From the human T2T-CHM13v2.0 reference genome, Homo sapiens: a stretch of DNA of 64,000 bases. Below, piece by piece: positions 42,934 to 57,001 of the stretch (position 1 is the first letter of the stretch; every line of letters begins with the position of its first letter). The notes beneath the pieces were generated by a model, which worked only from the letters and a program-made list of their open reading frames with translations, had not been told where the DNA came from and made no database searches. The stretch lies in assembly GCF_009914755.1 (NCBI RefSeq), contig NC_060934.1. One strand, 5' to 3'. The translations under genes and the position numbers were made by a program.

Positions 42934-45007
42934 TTATTATTATTGTACTTTTTTTACTTCTCTTACATTTTCTAAATGTTCTTCCTTTCCTCTGGGTTCT
43001 GTTTTTGTTTGTTTGGGCCTCCTTTATTAATGCTGGATGAATTTTTTTCACAAGGCCCAGTACTCTTGCTCAGACCCTCTGTCTCCAAGTTTGTGCACAG
43101 AGCATGGAGGCGCATGGGCTTTCCTGCATGGCAAGCCTGGATGGGCTGAGCTGTCATACTTTTGGAACCTCCATGCTTAGTATTAGTGCTTATGTTCTCT
43201 TTGGCTGGTCATTTTCACCAAAGAGGATTCTTCTGGTCTTCTTTCTAGGTTTGGTTTGGGACTAAGGTTAGGAGGGGTTAGTTTAAGCCTCCTTGCTGAT
43301 ATGCTGGGAGCTGAGCAGAAAAGAGAGAGGGGAGTATACTGTTTGGTTTGACATCAAACTAAACAGGTGTTTCTTCCAGGTGGTTCTTGTCATTTTCTTC
43401 TGCTTTTCAGGTACCTCCCTTGTCCAGAGAGTAAACATGTGGTCCTCTCCCCAGGAGTGAGTTGGAGAGCCCCTCACTGGACATGCTGGGCATAGGCAGA
43501 CTGGATATAGGGTCACATTTCAAAGCCATCAGCACTGTTGTTTTTCATCTCACATGTAGCCTCCTGAGTACCTGGCACCCTCCAGTTTCTGGGCCTTCCT
43601 TGGGTTTTGCACCAGGGATTCACAGACTTCCTGTTAAATGTCACCACGTTCTTGCCTTGAGGGCAGTTGGTACCCACTCATCACCCTCTTTCCTGCTTCC
43701 AGAATTCTCTTGTCTTTAGTTGCATCTCCTCAGAGTCCCCTGGTCCTTGTGGGCTTGTGCAGTTTTAATATGTGCCTTACTGTCATTTAATGTGAGGAAC
43801 TGGGAATGCATGTTTTAAATAGTTTCTAATTTGTGATGTAGGCAACCCCTAAGTATATTTTGAAAAACTTCAGCTCTGTGCAGACTTTGCAGGAGTTTGG
43901 GGCTAATTTATAACATTTTGAGGTTTTGTTTGTTTTTTGGACTCCCTGTTTTTCTCTTTCATATTTTCTCACAGAAAATACCACCTATGAACATTTTGCC
44001 ATTGGCTTTCCCTCTACAAAAGAGAAAGCCATTGTGCTCTGTTGGCCTTCTATCTTATCAGCTCTAAGAACTCACTCATACTTGGATTTATTTCAAATCA
44101 TTTTAAAGAAGGACTTGACTCTCAGTTACATTCCCTTTTCCTATATTCTCTTCTTCATAATGTTGCTTTACAGTATTGATTCTTTGGCTTGAATGCGCCC
44201 CAAAAGAAAAATCATCCAGAAGTCATCACCATTATGTTTTTTTTGTTGTTGTTGTTTAGTAATATATTTTAAAATGTTACTGGATAATTCATTTTCATTG
44301 CTTTTTATGATGATTATAAGATGGGTTTATTTTCATTAATATATTTGAAATTTAAGCATTTGAGTGAGATTTCCTCTTCAAAGTCCTTGCCTTAGTGAAA
44401 ACACGGTTAAACTTTGTAACAAGACCTCAGTTGAAATCATGAAGCATAATCCCGGATTCAGTCTTCAGGGTTCTCCTTTTATTGAAACCGGGCACCTACC
44501 GTCCACACTCGTCACTCCTGTGTCTCTGTTTACAGCTCCAACAGCTTCTGAGGCTGGGAACTGCCCAGAGATCCTTTGGAATTTAGAGAACTTAGAAGAA
44601 CGTTAAAATTTCTGCCTGTGTTGTGTGTCCCAGAGAGCAAATCTGTGCTTTGTACAAAGTGTGAGCTCCAGGGTCGATTGAGACAGCTCTTGTCTGGCTG
44701 ATGAAATTACCAGGAGCAATTTTATACCCTGCTATCCAAGTCACATGGCTAAGTCCATTTTTATTACACCTTCACAGCTCCTCAAGAATATGAATTAAAA
44801 CCCTTTGGATTTTTTTCTTCTAATTCATACTTAGACCTTCCACTAGGCATAGTTGACAAAGGCACTGTTTAAAAGATATGTCTCATCCTGAGTTTCCATT
44901 CACCAGTCTGTGCTTTTGTTAGCCTTTTGTTTTTATATCCTGCAATGACATCCTGCATTCAACTTGCCTGTCACCGAATGTCCCCCTGCTCCACCACCAG
45001 CACCCCA

Positions 45008-45155
45008 TTCTACCTGTGCTGTTTTCCTTCTACTGAGACTCACTTCCACCTGTGCCCAGTTCCACCTGCCTTTCCTTCTACCCAGCCTCAGTTCTACTTG
45101 TGCTCAATTCCACCTGCCCTTCCTTCTACCTGTGCTCAGTTCTACCTGTTCTCCA
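45008..45155. repeat. Degenerate pyrimidine-rich minisatellite (TTCYACCTG... units)
   Basis: Recurring TTC(T/C)ACCTG at roughly 14-17 nt spacing. Confidence 0.75.
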
Positions 45156-45684
45156 TTTTTCCTATCAACCTACCTAGTGAAATGGGGGCCCAAACACATT
45201 TAAAACTGGGGCACTGAGGTACTTCCAGGAGGGCTGGGGGTGTGCGGGGACGACTTCTGTCCAGGGCTCCCTCCAGGAGCAGTGCCAGGCAGTAGCCAAG
45301 GCCACACCAACAGGGGGAGCCCTGCGAGAGAGATTTTTTAAGACAGGAGCTTAAGAAATGGAACTAGATCAGGGGCAGGCAGGGAGAGTTTGTCCCTCCT
45401 GCCAGATGGATCCTTTTCTTTCTGGACCACCTTTAAAAATATTAACATACTTTCTCTTTATAAAAACAATCTGGGCTTAGTCTCCCTCCACTCATGACTA
45501 TCTGGTATCTTTTCTAGTCATTTTTTGTTTTTCTTGTACTATATATTCTTTATATTGGTCAAATGTGTATACATAATTACTGCAGTTTTCCTCTTCAATT
45601 ATTTTCTCATGCTATTAAAATATTCCATATTTGCATAATGTTTCATGATTTAATGGTTGCACAATATTTCATCATAACACAAGT

Positions 45685-45882
45685 TATGATTGCTTGACTT
45701 GCCAAATAAAAATATAGGACCCCCAGTTCAGCTTGAACTTCAGGTAAACAACAGTTTTTTTTTTCTAGTATATGTATCTCTCATGTAATATTTCATTGCA
45801 ACGTTTGGGACATATTTATTTTTCTTTGTTTATCTGAGATTCAAATGGAACTGGGCATCCTGTACTTTATCTTGCAACCCTA
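45685..45882 (+). mobile_element. MER53 MITE within an old L1M fragment
   Basis: CCAAATAAAAATATAGGACCCCCAGTTC...GTTTATCTGAGATTCAAATGGAACTGGGCATCCTGTACTTTATCTTGCAACCCTA. Confidence 0.82.
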
Positions 45883-48800
45883 CAAAATATCATATTATTT
45901 ACACAGTTTCTTGTGGTGGATGTTTAGAATTTTCAGCAATGCTATGGACATCTTTGGGTATGAAATTTTCTATTTTGAATTACTTCCTTTGGTAGATTAT
46001 CAGAAGTAGAATTACTTAGGAGATGAGTATTTATTTTCAAGACTTTTCAAACCTATCTCCAAATCACTTTTTAAAAAGGTTATAGCAATTTATGTTCCCA
46101 CCAACAGCACACAAGAGTCCTCGTTCCCTGCACCCTTGCTCACATTATCATCATTGAAATACTTCTTTGCTATTTTGGCAGGCAAATAATGATGTATCAT
46201 TTTCATCTTTGATTACTAATGAGGTTCACTTTTTTTTGTTGTTTATTAGGCATTTAGTGTCCTGGTTTTTAAATTTTCTGCAAGTATATCCTGACTTCTG
46301 TGGCCCCATTTTGCATTGCTTTGAAGTTATAAGGAATATGTCTTATTTTTACTTATTGACTTATTTTTACTCAGCTGCTGGTGCTGGAGCCTAGTCCCTA
46401 TGTTCAGGCTCAGGGATGGTTCTGCACAGTGGCTTTTGCTCCCAGCCTACCTGCTAGCCTACCCATTGTCTAGAAGATAAAAGCTTCATTTAGGAGTCAT
46501 CTCCCAAATGCATTTAAAATAAATCAGTTAAAGCACAGAATAGTAATTTTCTTCTGAGCACACAGAATTAAAGTTTTATTTTCACAGAGCTCGCTCACTT
46601 TTGTTCCTAATAAATGACTGGTTTCAAAAGGCTTCCATAAATACCCGTTTTATCCACCCTTATAAGCCCACAGATATGCTGCAGGGTTCTGCTGTGTTCA
46701 TGGAAACCATAAGGCTTCATGGTATCTGCAGTATTTGCCCAAAAAAATACTGATAACCCAAGGATGGGACTCCATTCCCAAAGGGCAGGGAGGAAGGGGA
46801 GGGGCATTTCAGTGAATTTTAATATGCAGATCATCCGTTTCCTAATGGAGTTCATGCTTCACCTTAGAGCTGAAAAAGCAAGACTTACTTTCGCTAAGAA
46901 AGGAAAGACTGAACGATGCACATGACTTCTGGAACATTTCCTTAAGTTTGGTAAAGAGGGCACGCACAGTGCCCGGCAGCACCGCCTCTAACTTGTGGAG
47001 ATGGCCCATCCTTCTGGCCCTTCTGGGCCTCCTGTAATTAATCCCCATCGCAGTTAAACAAGGGGCCGCGTGGTTGCCTTCTCTGATATGCTCTTCCAGA
47101 GAGACTTCCCCACGGGGCATTTACATCCTCCCAGGACTTGTTTTATGGAAATTGCTGTGTTCGCTTCAGTTTTTCGTTTTCTGTGTTACAACGGTTTTGG
47201 CATTTGTTGCCTTGCATGAATTTCTCCGCATGACGTGACAGTCTGCTGCCTGAATTCAGTATGTCCACGTCACCTGTTCACGTCATCTGGCCTGAGTCTG
47301 GCTGCACTGATGTTTCTCATTAGTGTTACTCTGTGCTCATACCCTCAGCATTTTGAGACCCCCTCAAGGATTATGCTTTTCTTTCTACTTTCAGCCTGAT
47401 CATTTAAGCTAAGCACATTGATACATTGCTTCTGGTGATAAATAGCTGACTTTGTGATTTCATTTATTCTAATGTGTAAGTCTCCATTGTGTAACTGGTT
47501 TGACCTGCAGAAAATTGATTTCAGCACCTACTAGGTTCACCTAGGCTGATATAGGCCTCTTCTTCAGCGGGAAAAGCTCCTCCTCTCAAGGGGAAGAGTC
47601 CGGGTCAGCGACTGCATCAGGGTCAATTGTGGGCAGAGTACTTCGAAGCCTCTTCTTCCTCACCCTCTTCCAGCTTTCTCTGATGACTGCAAGCGTAGAG
47701 GAAAGTGAATCTCTACCTTGTGTTGGTCATCAGAAGTGGCTTCAGATTCCTTAGAGGAAGAGTTAAAATGTGCATCTGGATGAGGGGTAAAGAAATGAGG
47801 TCAGCCAGTAAGTACCTGTCTTATAGTCCTAGAGTACAGCCTCCACACCCAGCTTTGCCATTCACTCCTTCAGAGAGTGAAACCTCTAAGCCTCAGTTTC
47901 ACTGCCTGTAAAGTGGCACAGGAAGAGAAATTTGTGTGTGATTGAAAGAGGTCGTATTCTATTAAAGTGACAGTGTTGTTATTAAGACGATTATCCACGG
48001 GACACATCTCATTGTCATAAGGAGTAGACAAGATACAAAGGCAGCCTTTCTTGAGCTGAATGGTATGCCAAATATTTATATGTTTCAAAAGTTCACAAAT
48101 TTTGCCATTTTACTAATCATTGCCTCAATGGAAAACAAGCATTATTTAGCTGTTTCCCTGAACACCAACTTGGAATCTAAATCTCAGCAATTATCATCAT
48201 TCACAAATAATTTATATTTCTGGGCAAATGGAAGATATCATATCATCATTATTGTGTTTGTTCAATTTGAGTAATGCGTCCTTCGAGGACTCATTTGGAA
48301 GTAGATATGTGTACTATAGGTATAAAATGGATTGGAGAAAATATTGGATTTTAACATTTCACTGTAAAGCCTGTATTCCAAATTAATATAAAAGACATTT
48401 AGGCATTCTGATATATTGCTGGTAAAAGGAGAGTTAGTAAAAGAATGCAATTTGAGAGCTCATTTAATAGAGAAAAAATAGGGACATGTCTCAAAGTGTG
48501 TTTCATGCTATAATTTTACCAAACTTGTACTGGCTTAATGGGAAAAAATATATATCCTGTGTTTCTTAAAATGTCATTAACTTAGGGGGCAATATTTAAA
48601 AGCAAGGAAGGCTTTACAATGTTGTTAGCTACAAAGCCTAGCAGTGAGCAATTGCAGTTAATGGCAACAGAACTGCCTAGCTCACAACCCACCACCAAAG
48701 CAAACACCCTTCAGGGCACGCAAACAAACGTGTGCACACCCACGTCCACACACATACTGGCTGCCTCCATTTGCAACAGCCGGAGAGACGTTTCAGCTTT

Positions 48801-49602
48801 GGCCCTTTACCTTCCCCATTCTTGATTTTCTGTGTTGCTTTCTTTTTTCCTCCTTCTTTTCCTTTCCACCCAGCTCCGTCTGGTCTGAGAAACTCCCAGC
48901 TCTCCCACTTGACATTCTGATGAGCCCACATTCCTCCTGTCCTTCTTCTCGGGGAGGAGAATTGGGCCATAACTCATTGTGGAGTTGTGGTGATTGCCTC
49001 CACATCGGGCACAGGGGGATACAGGCTGATTTTGAGAAATTAGAGGCCTTTCTTTGCCATGGCCCAAGAGGAGAGGCTGCACACACATTTTGCCGGATAA
49101 TAAGGGCAGCAAGTTTCCAAGAGAGCACAAAACAGAAGTTCCCATGATTTCCATCCTGTCTTTAATTTTCTTGTATTTAATGCAAAAGTATTTCAAGCTT
49201 ATTTTTCCAGTCTGGACAACCCTGTATCAGGAAACACTTGAGGTATTAATAGTTAGAGAGAATAAAATACAGCCCTGAGTGTGAGTGCACCAGTGTTTCT
49301 CATTCATGTTACTGTGTACTCATGTCCTCAGCATTGTGAGACCCCCTCAAGGGTTTTGCTTTTCTTTCTACTTTCAACTTGATATTCTAAGGACCCCCTA
49401 CCAAAAAACATTCCTGAGGTTGGAAGTGACCCATGCCTTATGCTGATCTTCCCTGAGAGAGGGGCAGCAGAACCCAGGGCTCCCTGCCCATGCCCCGTTG
49501 CTTCTCCCTGACAGTTTCAAGTCCCAGAATCTGGGATGATTTCGGCTTTTCCCATGAGTGTTGCTCTGTCTCATCTAATTCTATCTTTTGATTCATTTAC
49601 AG

Positions 49603-49704
49603 GGAAACTTCGTGGCTTGCATGACAGCTATTTTACGACAAATGGAAGATTACCATTATGCCCACTTGATCAAGACTTTTGGGAAAATGAGGACTGATGT
49701 GGTA
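49603..49704 (+). CDS. DOCK1: DOCK1 internal coding exon (102 nt, phase 0/0; probably exon 28), GNFVACMTAILRQMEDYHYAHLIKTFGKMRTDVV
   Basis: Acceptor ...ttttgattcatttacAG and donor GTA|gtaagt; 34 open codons matching the recalled DOCK1 sequence; joins in frame to the exon at 58928. Exon number is from memory. Confidence 0.96.
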
Positions 49705-50383
49705 GTAAGTGTCCCTTTCACCCTGTTCACATAACCACGTTTTAGGGCCAGCACTTTAGACAAAAGCCTGATATCAATATATTCATTTAAAATAGGATTT
49801 TGCATGAGAACTTGTCTCTGATTGATTTCAAATGCCTCCTGGGAAGGTCTGACTGAAGCCTTGTTTCTAACAAGACAAGGGTCCGGACTTGCAGACTTGC
49901 TTCTAGGGCTGAATGGAGAATGACTCAGGGGCTGAGCCCAGGGAAATCTCTTGTCTTTCTTGGTGACAGTTTCTTCTCCTGTGCTTTGGGATAATTGGAA
50001 ATTTGGAGATGTTATCCATGGATAGTCTCCCATTAACTCCTATTCATTTATTGGTTGACTTTTTAATAGCAGAAGCCAGAGTGACTTTTCAGCTTTAAGT
50101 TGTACTCCATTATTAATTAGCTGTAATCATGGAAGCTCATCAGCATTTCTCCAAATAATTCTCTAGTCATCCTCAGTAAAACTATGATACAACTTAATTA
50201 GGAAAAGTATAACAGAGGGGAATTTATTGCTTATGAACTACCTCCCTAATGACCTGAAATTACATTGCCATATGGCAAATATCCTCTGCAAAGCTGCAAC
50301 CAAACTTGTTGGCAGACTTTGTGATTACATGTTGACTTGAACTCTAAGATTCCATTTCTAAGGATCTGTAAGGTCCTGTAGAA

Positions 50384-50682
50384 CAGGGTCCCCAATCCCT
50401 GGGCCACACAGCAGGAGGTGAGTGGTGGGCAAGGGAGCATTAGTGCCTGAGCTCTGCCTCCTGTCATATCAGTGGCTGCATTAGATTCTAATAAGAGTAC
50501 GAACGCTATTGTGAACTGTGCATGCGAAGGATCTAGGTTGCATGCTCCTTATGAGAATCTAATGCCTGATGATCTGAGGTGGAACAGTTTCATCCCGAAA
50601 CCTGCCCCACCACCCCCTGGTCCATGGAAAAATTATCTTCCACGAAACTGATCCCTGGTGCCAAAAAGGATGGGGACCGCTG
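50384..50682 (+). mobile_element. MER1B (hAT-Charlie)
   Basis: CAGGGTCCCCAA...GAGAATCTAATGCCTGATGATCTGAGGTGGAACAG...TGGGGACCGCTG. Confidence 0.92.
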
Positions 50683-50803
50683 TAAAAGAATACTCATAGA
50701 TACCTGCAGAACATGGCAGTGTACTAGTGTTTCTAGAACAGGGGTTGTTGCACTTGACATGTACCTTATTAAGAAATGGGAAGAAGAGAATGATCTGTAT
50801 GAG

Positions 50804-50935
50804 TTTTTTCAAAGGATTATTTCTAATACATAATTTTCTTATTGTTGCCACTATATATATAATGCATAGTTTTCTTATATATCTATAGTGGCAGCAATAA
50901 GCAAATTATGTATTAGAAATGATCCTTTGAAAAAA
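50804..50935. repeat. 58-bp inverted repeat with a 16-nt spacer
   Basis: Arms 50804-50861 and 50878-50935; 54 of 58 positions are complementary. Confidence 0.95.
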
Positions 50936-50950
50936 TAATATTTTTATACT

Positions 50951-51024
50951 TATATATACATATATATACACATATGTACATATATACACACATATATACA
51001 TATATACACACATATATACATGTA

Positions 51025-51059
<35 letters not shown>
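50951..51059. repeat. (TA)n/(CA)n compound microsatellite
   Basis: Read directly. Confidence 0.95.
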
Positions 51060-51060
51060 G

Positions 51061-51376
51061 CAGTCGTGTGTTGCTTAACAATTCTGCCAAATGCATCGTT
51101 AGGCAATTTCATCATTGTGCAAGCCTCATAGTGTGTACCCTTACTTAAACCTGGATGGTGGAGCCTGCTACACACCTAGGCTAGATGGTCTAGCCTGTTG
51201 CTCCGAGGCTACACACCTGTACAGCATGTGACTGCACTGAATACTATAGGCAGTTGTAATACAATGGCTATGATGTCACTAGGTGATAAGAAGTTTCAGT
51301 TCCATTACAATTTTTGGACCACTGACATATACACAGTCTGTCATTGACCAAAATGTTATTACGCAGCACGTGACTG
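51061..51376 (-). mobile_element. Tigger3/Golem (MER7-type) DNA transposon
   Basis: CAGTC...GACTG termini; CACACCTAGGCTAGATGGTCTAGCCTGTTGCTCC core. Confidence 0.85.
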
Positions 51377-52105
51377 TACTTCAAGATTTCTAAGGAGAAC
51401 AAAAATGGATCTAGACCTTAAAGCTCTAGCAGTTTCCTCTAAATAAAAGTAAGGGAACAAGAATATGTATATGTTTGTATTTCTGTGTCTGGTTTTCCCT
51501 GAATATTAATAAGTAGTTGATAGTAGGAGTATATTCAAATGTGTAACCTGTATCCTGTTTATATCCCATGACTCTTTGGAAATCATGGCATAGCGAAATC
51601 AAATTTTACATTTGTAACATTTTATTCCATAATTGAATCTAAACTACACCCGACCCCCTGCTTTGGTCAGTGTAAAGCATAGTTGTAGCTTAAAGCTAGA
51701 GGAACAGTTTTGCAGATAACGTTCCAGGTTGAATAATAAAGTCTTCAGAAATAGAAGAATTACTCACCTGGAAAAGTCAGGACTCCAATTAGTACTTTGC
51801 CCTTTTTCAGAACAATCACTTCATAAAAGTCCCCATGTGCAAACATGTAATCTGAACTATTAAGTGCTGTAATTGATAAGGATCCTTCAAGGTAAGTGAA
51901 AAGCGATGATGCCGAATGGCATTTAAAAATTACTGTAGCTTGCTGAATTCCAAGTGTGTGCCCTCTGTCTTTGCTCAGATCCCAGGATCAGATGTTTACT
52001 GTGTGTTGTGGTCCCAATTTCCCAGGGGATGTTTTTCCATAGACACAACAGTTTAGAAAAATCAATGATTTGTAGACAATTTGACTTCCATTAAGAAATG
52101 ATGTT

Positions 52106-52869
<764 letters not shown>

Positions 52870-52963
52870 TTACTCTGACAACTATTAAATAAAAGATTAT
52901 TTTGTACAGAATTATTTGATGTTATTTCGTATTTCAATATGAAAGTGGCCAAAACACTTTCCA

Positions 52964-54476
<1,513 letters not shown>

Positions 54477-54902
54477 TATTTTCTTGAGACTATTTCCTTT
54501 TAACAAGTACTAATTCAGGTTCTCAAATTTAGCCCTTTTTGGTTGAGTGAGTCATTTTCATACAAAATCACACTTACTATCAACACCAGTGACAGTGAGC
54601 ATATAGAGCACAAGCGGAATGACTGATCCAGAAGAGAAAAACAATAGACATGTTCAGCTCAGAACTCTGAGGACAGAGACCATCCCAACCCTTTTGGATT
54701 CGAACCACAAAGAATCTGTAGAATCTTCTACACTGGAGATGCTGACCTGCCCAAGGGGCTGCTGGCTGCCACGTGTCCACGTCTCAGTAACAGAAGCAGA
54801 GAATGTGCCCCGATTCTCTGTAGTTAGCTAGAAGGGAACAATGACGGCTTTGGTACTTCTAGCGGAGAATGTTGTCTTGCCACTTGTCACAAATTCCCAC
54901 TC

Positions 54903-55078
54903 TGTGGCTTTGGAAAACACACTACATTTTCCTACACTCTCACACTTCTGTGACCAGAAGTGTGTGGGTCTCTCCCACCGCATCCCATTCCCTGACACCA
55001 GCTGGATGTCCTACAATTCAATTCAATTCTGACACCATCTACCTGGAGTTAGCATCAGATTCTGCAAGGAAAAGGGCT
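54903..55078. mobile_element. MER21-like LTR fragment
   Basis: GGATGTCCTACAATTCAATTCAATTCTGACACCATCTACCTGGAGTTAGC. Confidence 0.7.
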
Positions 55079-55183
55079 TATCTGACCTTACTCAGATTTC
55101 ACCAGTGTTTTACTTATTCTCTTTCCACTGTGGATCACAAAAAATTTTACAAATACAGAAAAGCTGAAAGAATAATACAATGG

Positions 55184-55486
55184 AGCCAGGCTCAGTGGCT
55201 CATGCCTGTAATCCCAGCACTTTGGGAGGTCGAAGCAGAAAGATCTATTGAGCCCAGAAATTCAAGACCAGCCTGTGCCACATAGTGAGACCCCATTTCT
55301 ACAAAAAATATAAAAAAATAGCCAGGTATGATAGCTTATGCCTGTAGTCTCAGCTACTTGGGAGGCTGAGGCAGGAGGATCACTTTAGCCTAGGAGTTTG
55401 AGGCTGCGGTGAGCTAAGATTATGCCACTGCACTCCAGCCTGGGTGATAGCATGAGACCCTGTCTCAAAAAAAAAAAAAAAAAAAA
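55184..55486 (+). mobile_element. AluJ inserted into an old L1MC-like fragment (about 55090-56330)
   Basis: AluJ-type GGAGGATCACTT...GGAGTTTGAGGCTGCGGTGAGC. Confidence 0.92.
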
Positions 55487-56710
55487 GGAAACCATGATTC
55501 CTGCCACCTCAATTCATCCGTTGAAAGCACGTTGGCATATTTGCTTCCGTCATGTGTCTCCAAGTGTCTCTATCTATACAGCCAACCCCTTTCAGTCAGT
55601 GAGAGACAGGGATGCACCTGCCCTAAGCTGTTCAGCAAACGTCTCTGGGGACTAAAGACATTCTCTATTGGTCATATTGCTCCATGAGAATTCAGCAACA
55701 ACCCCTCATGCCATTTGTATTCAGATTTCCTCCATTCTTTCCAAATTTTTTTGTCCTTTTCACTCATTGCATTTGATGATTGTGTCTCTTTAATCTTTCT
55801 TTTTCTAAAATAAATCCATCACCATCACACTGTTTTATTTTCTTTTCATAGCATTGCTTTTCAGTTTTTTTGAAGAGACCAATCCACTAGCTTTTGTAGA
55901 CTATCTCCCATTCTGGACTTTTTTTGTGCTGCCTTGTAATATGCCTTTCGACTGGTTTCTTTATCCCCCTGTATGTTCTGCAAACCAGAAGCTTGTTCTG
56001 AGATTCAAGCTCAACTCCTTGGCAAGAGTGTTTCAGCATTGCTGTCGAAAGCTTCCTGCTGTGTTACTTCAGGAAGTAACACAGGAAGTGGGCTTGTCAT
56101 GCTGACCCACTACTGGCGATGCTGAATTTCACCACTGGGTTCAAAGCTGGTAACTTCCAGATCCCTCCATTGTGAAAGTATGTACCTCTTCCTACCTTTG
56201 CAATTGTCAGATAATCTTTGGATAAAACTTTGAATCCACAAAAATGTGGCCATGTCCTATTTCCCTAACAATCCTTCATCGGATGGGTTGAAAATCTGTG
56301 GCTGGTCCTTGTCCATAATGGTTACTCCTTTGGCTGAGCAGAATGGAAATTTCCTAAGTCTAAGAGTGAAGATGCTTTGTCTTTAGTCTAAGAGCATTGG
56401 GAAGCCATTGGGGTAATGGGTTCAGTGTGATGTCTGGAAAGCATTGATGCCTTGATGAGATTTGTCATTTGAAAAGTGAAGCATGGGGACAAGAAAGGAC
56501 AAGGATGGACCTAAGTTGATGGATTTGGAGTCCCCTGTGGCAGTCCAGGTGCGAGAGGATGGCTGTTTTATTCTAGTGGGTGGGCACAGGGATGGAAAGG
56601 TGCAGACAGAGGTATGACACGATTTTGCCTCTGAAGCAGATGGATGGCTGCTATTAGAGCAGCCTGCTTATTGTATAAGACATCCTGTGAATAGTCAAAC
56701 TAAAACATGC

Positions 56711-57001
56711 AGCCGGGCACAGTGGCTTACACCTGTAATCCCAACACTTTGGGAGGCCGAGGCAGGAGGATTCCTTGAGCCCAGGAGTTCAAGACCAGCC
56801 TGGGTAATATAGCAAGATGCCATTTCTACTAAAAATAAAAAAACTAGCCAGGCATGGTGATGCACACCTGTGGTCCCAGGATACTCAGGATACTGAAACG
56901 GGAGGATCACTTGGGTCCCAGGGTTGAAGCTACAGTGAACTAAGATCGTGCCACTGTACTCCAGCCTGGGTGAGGGAATGAAATAAATAAATAAAATAAA
57001 T
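56711..57001 (+). mobile_element. AluJ
   Basis: Dimer; TSD AAACTAAAAC. Confidence 0.92.
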
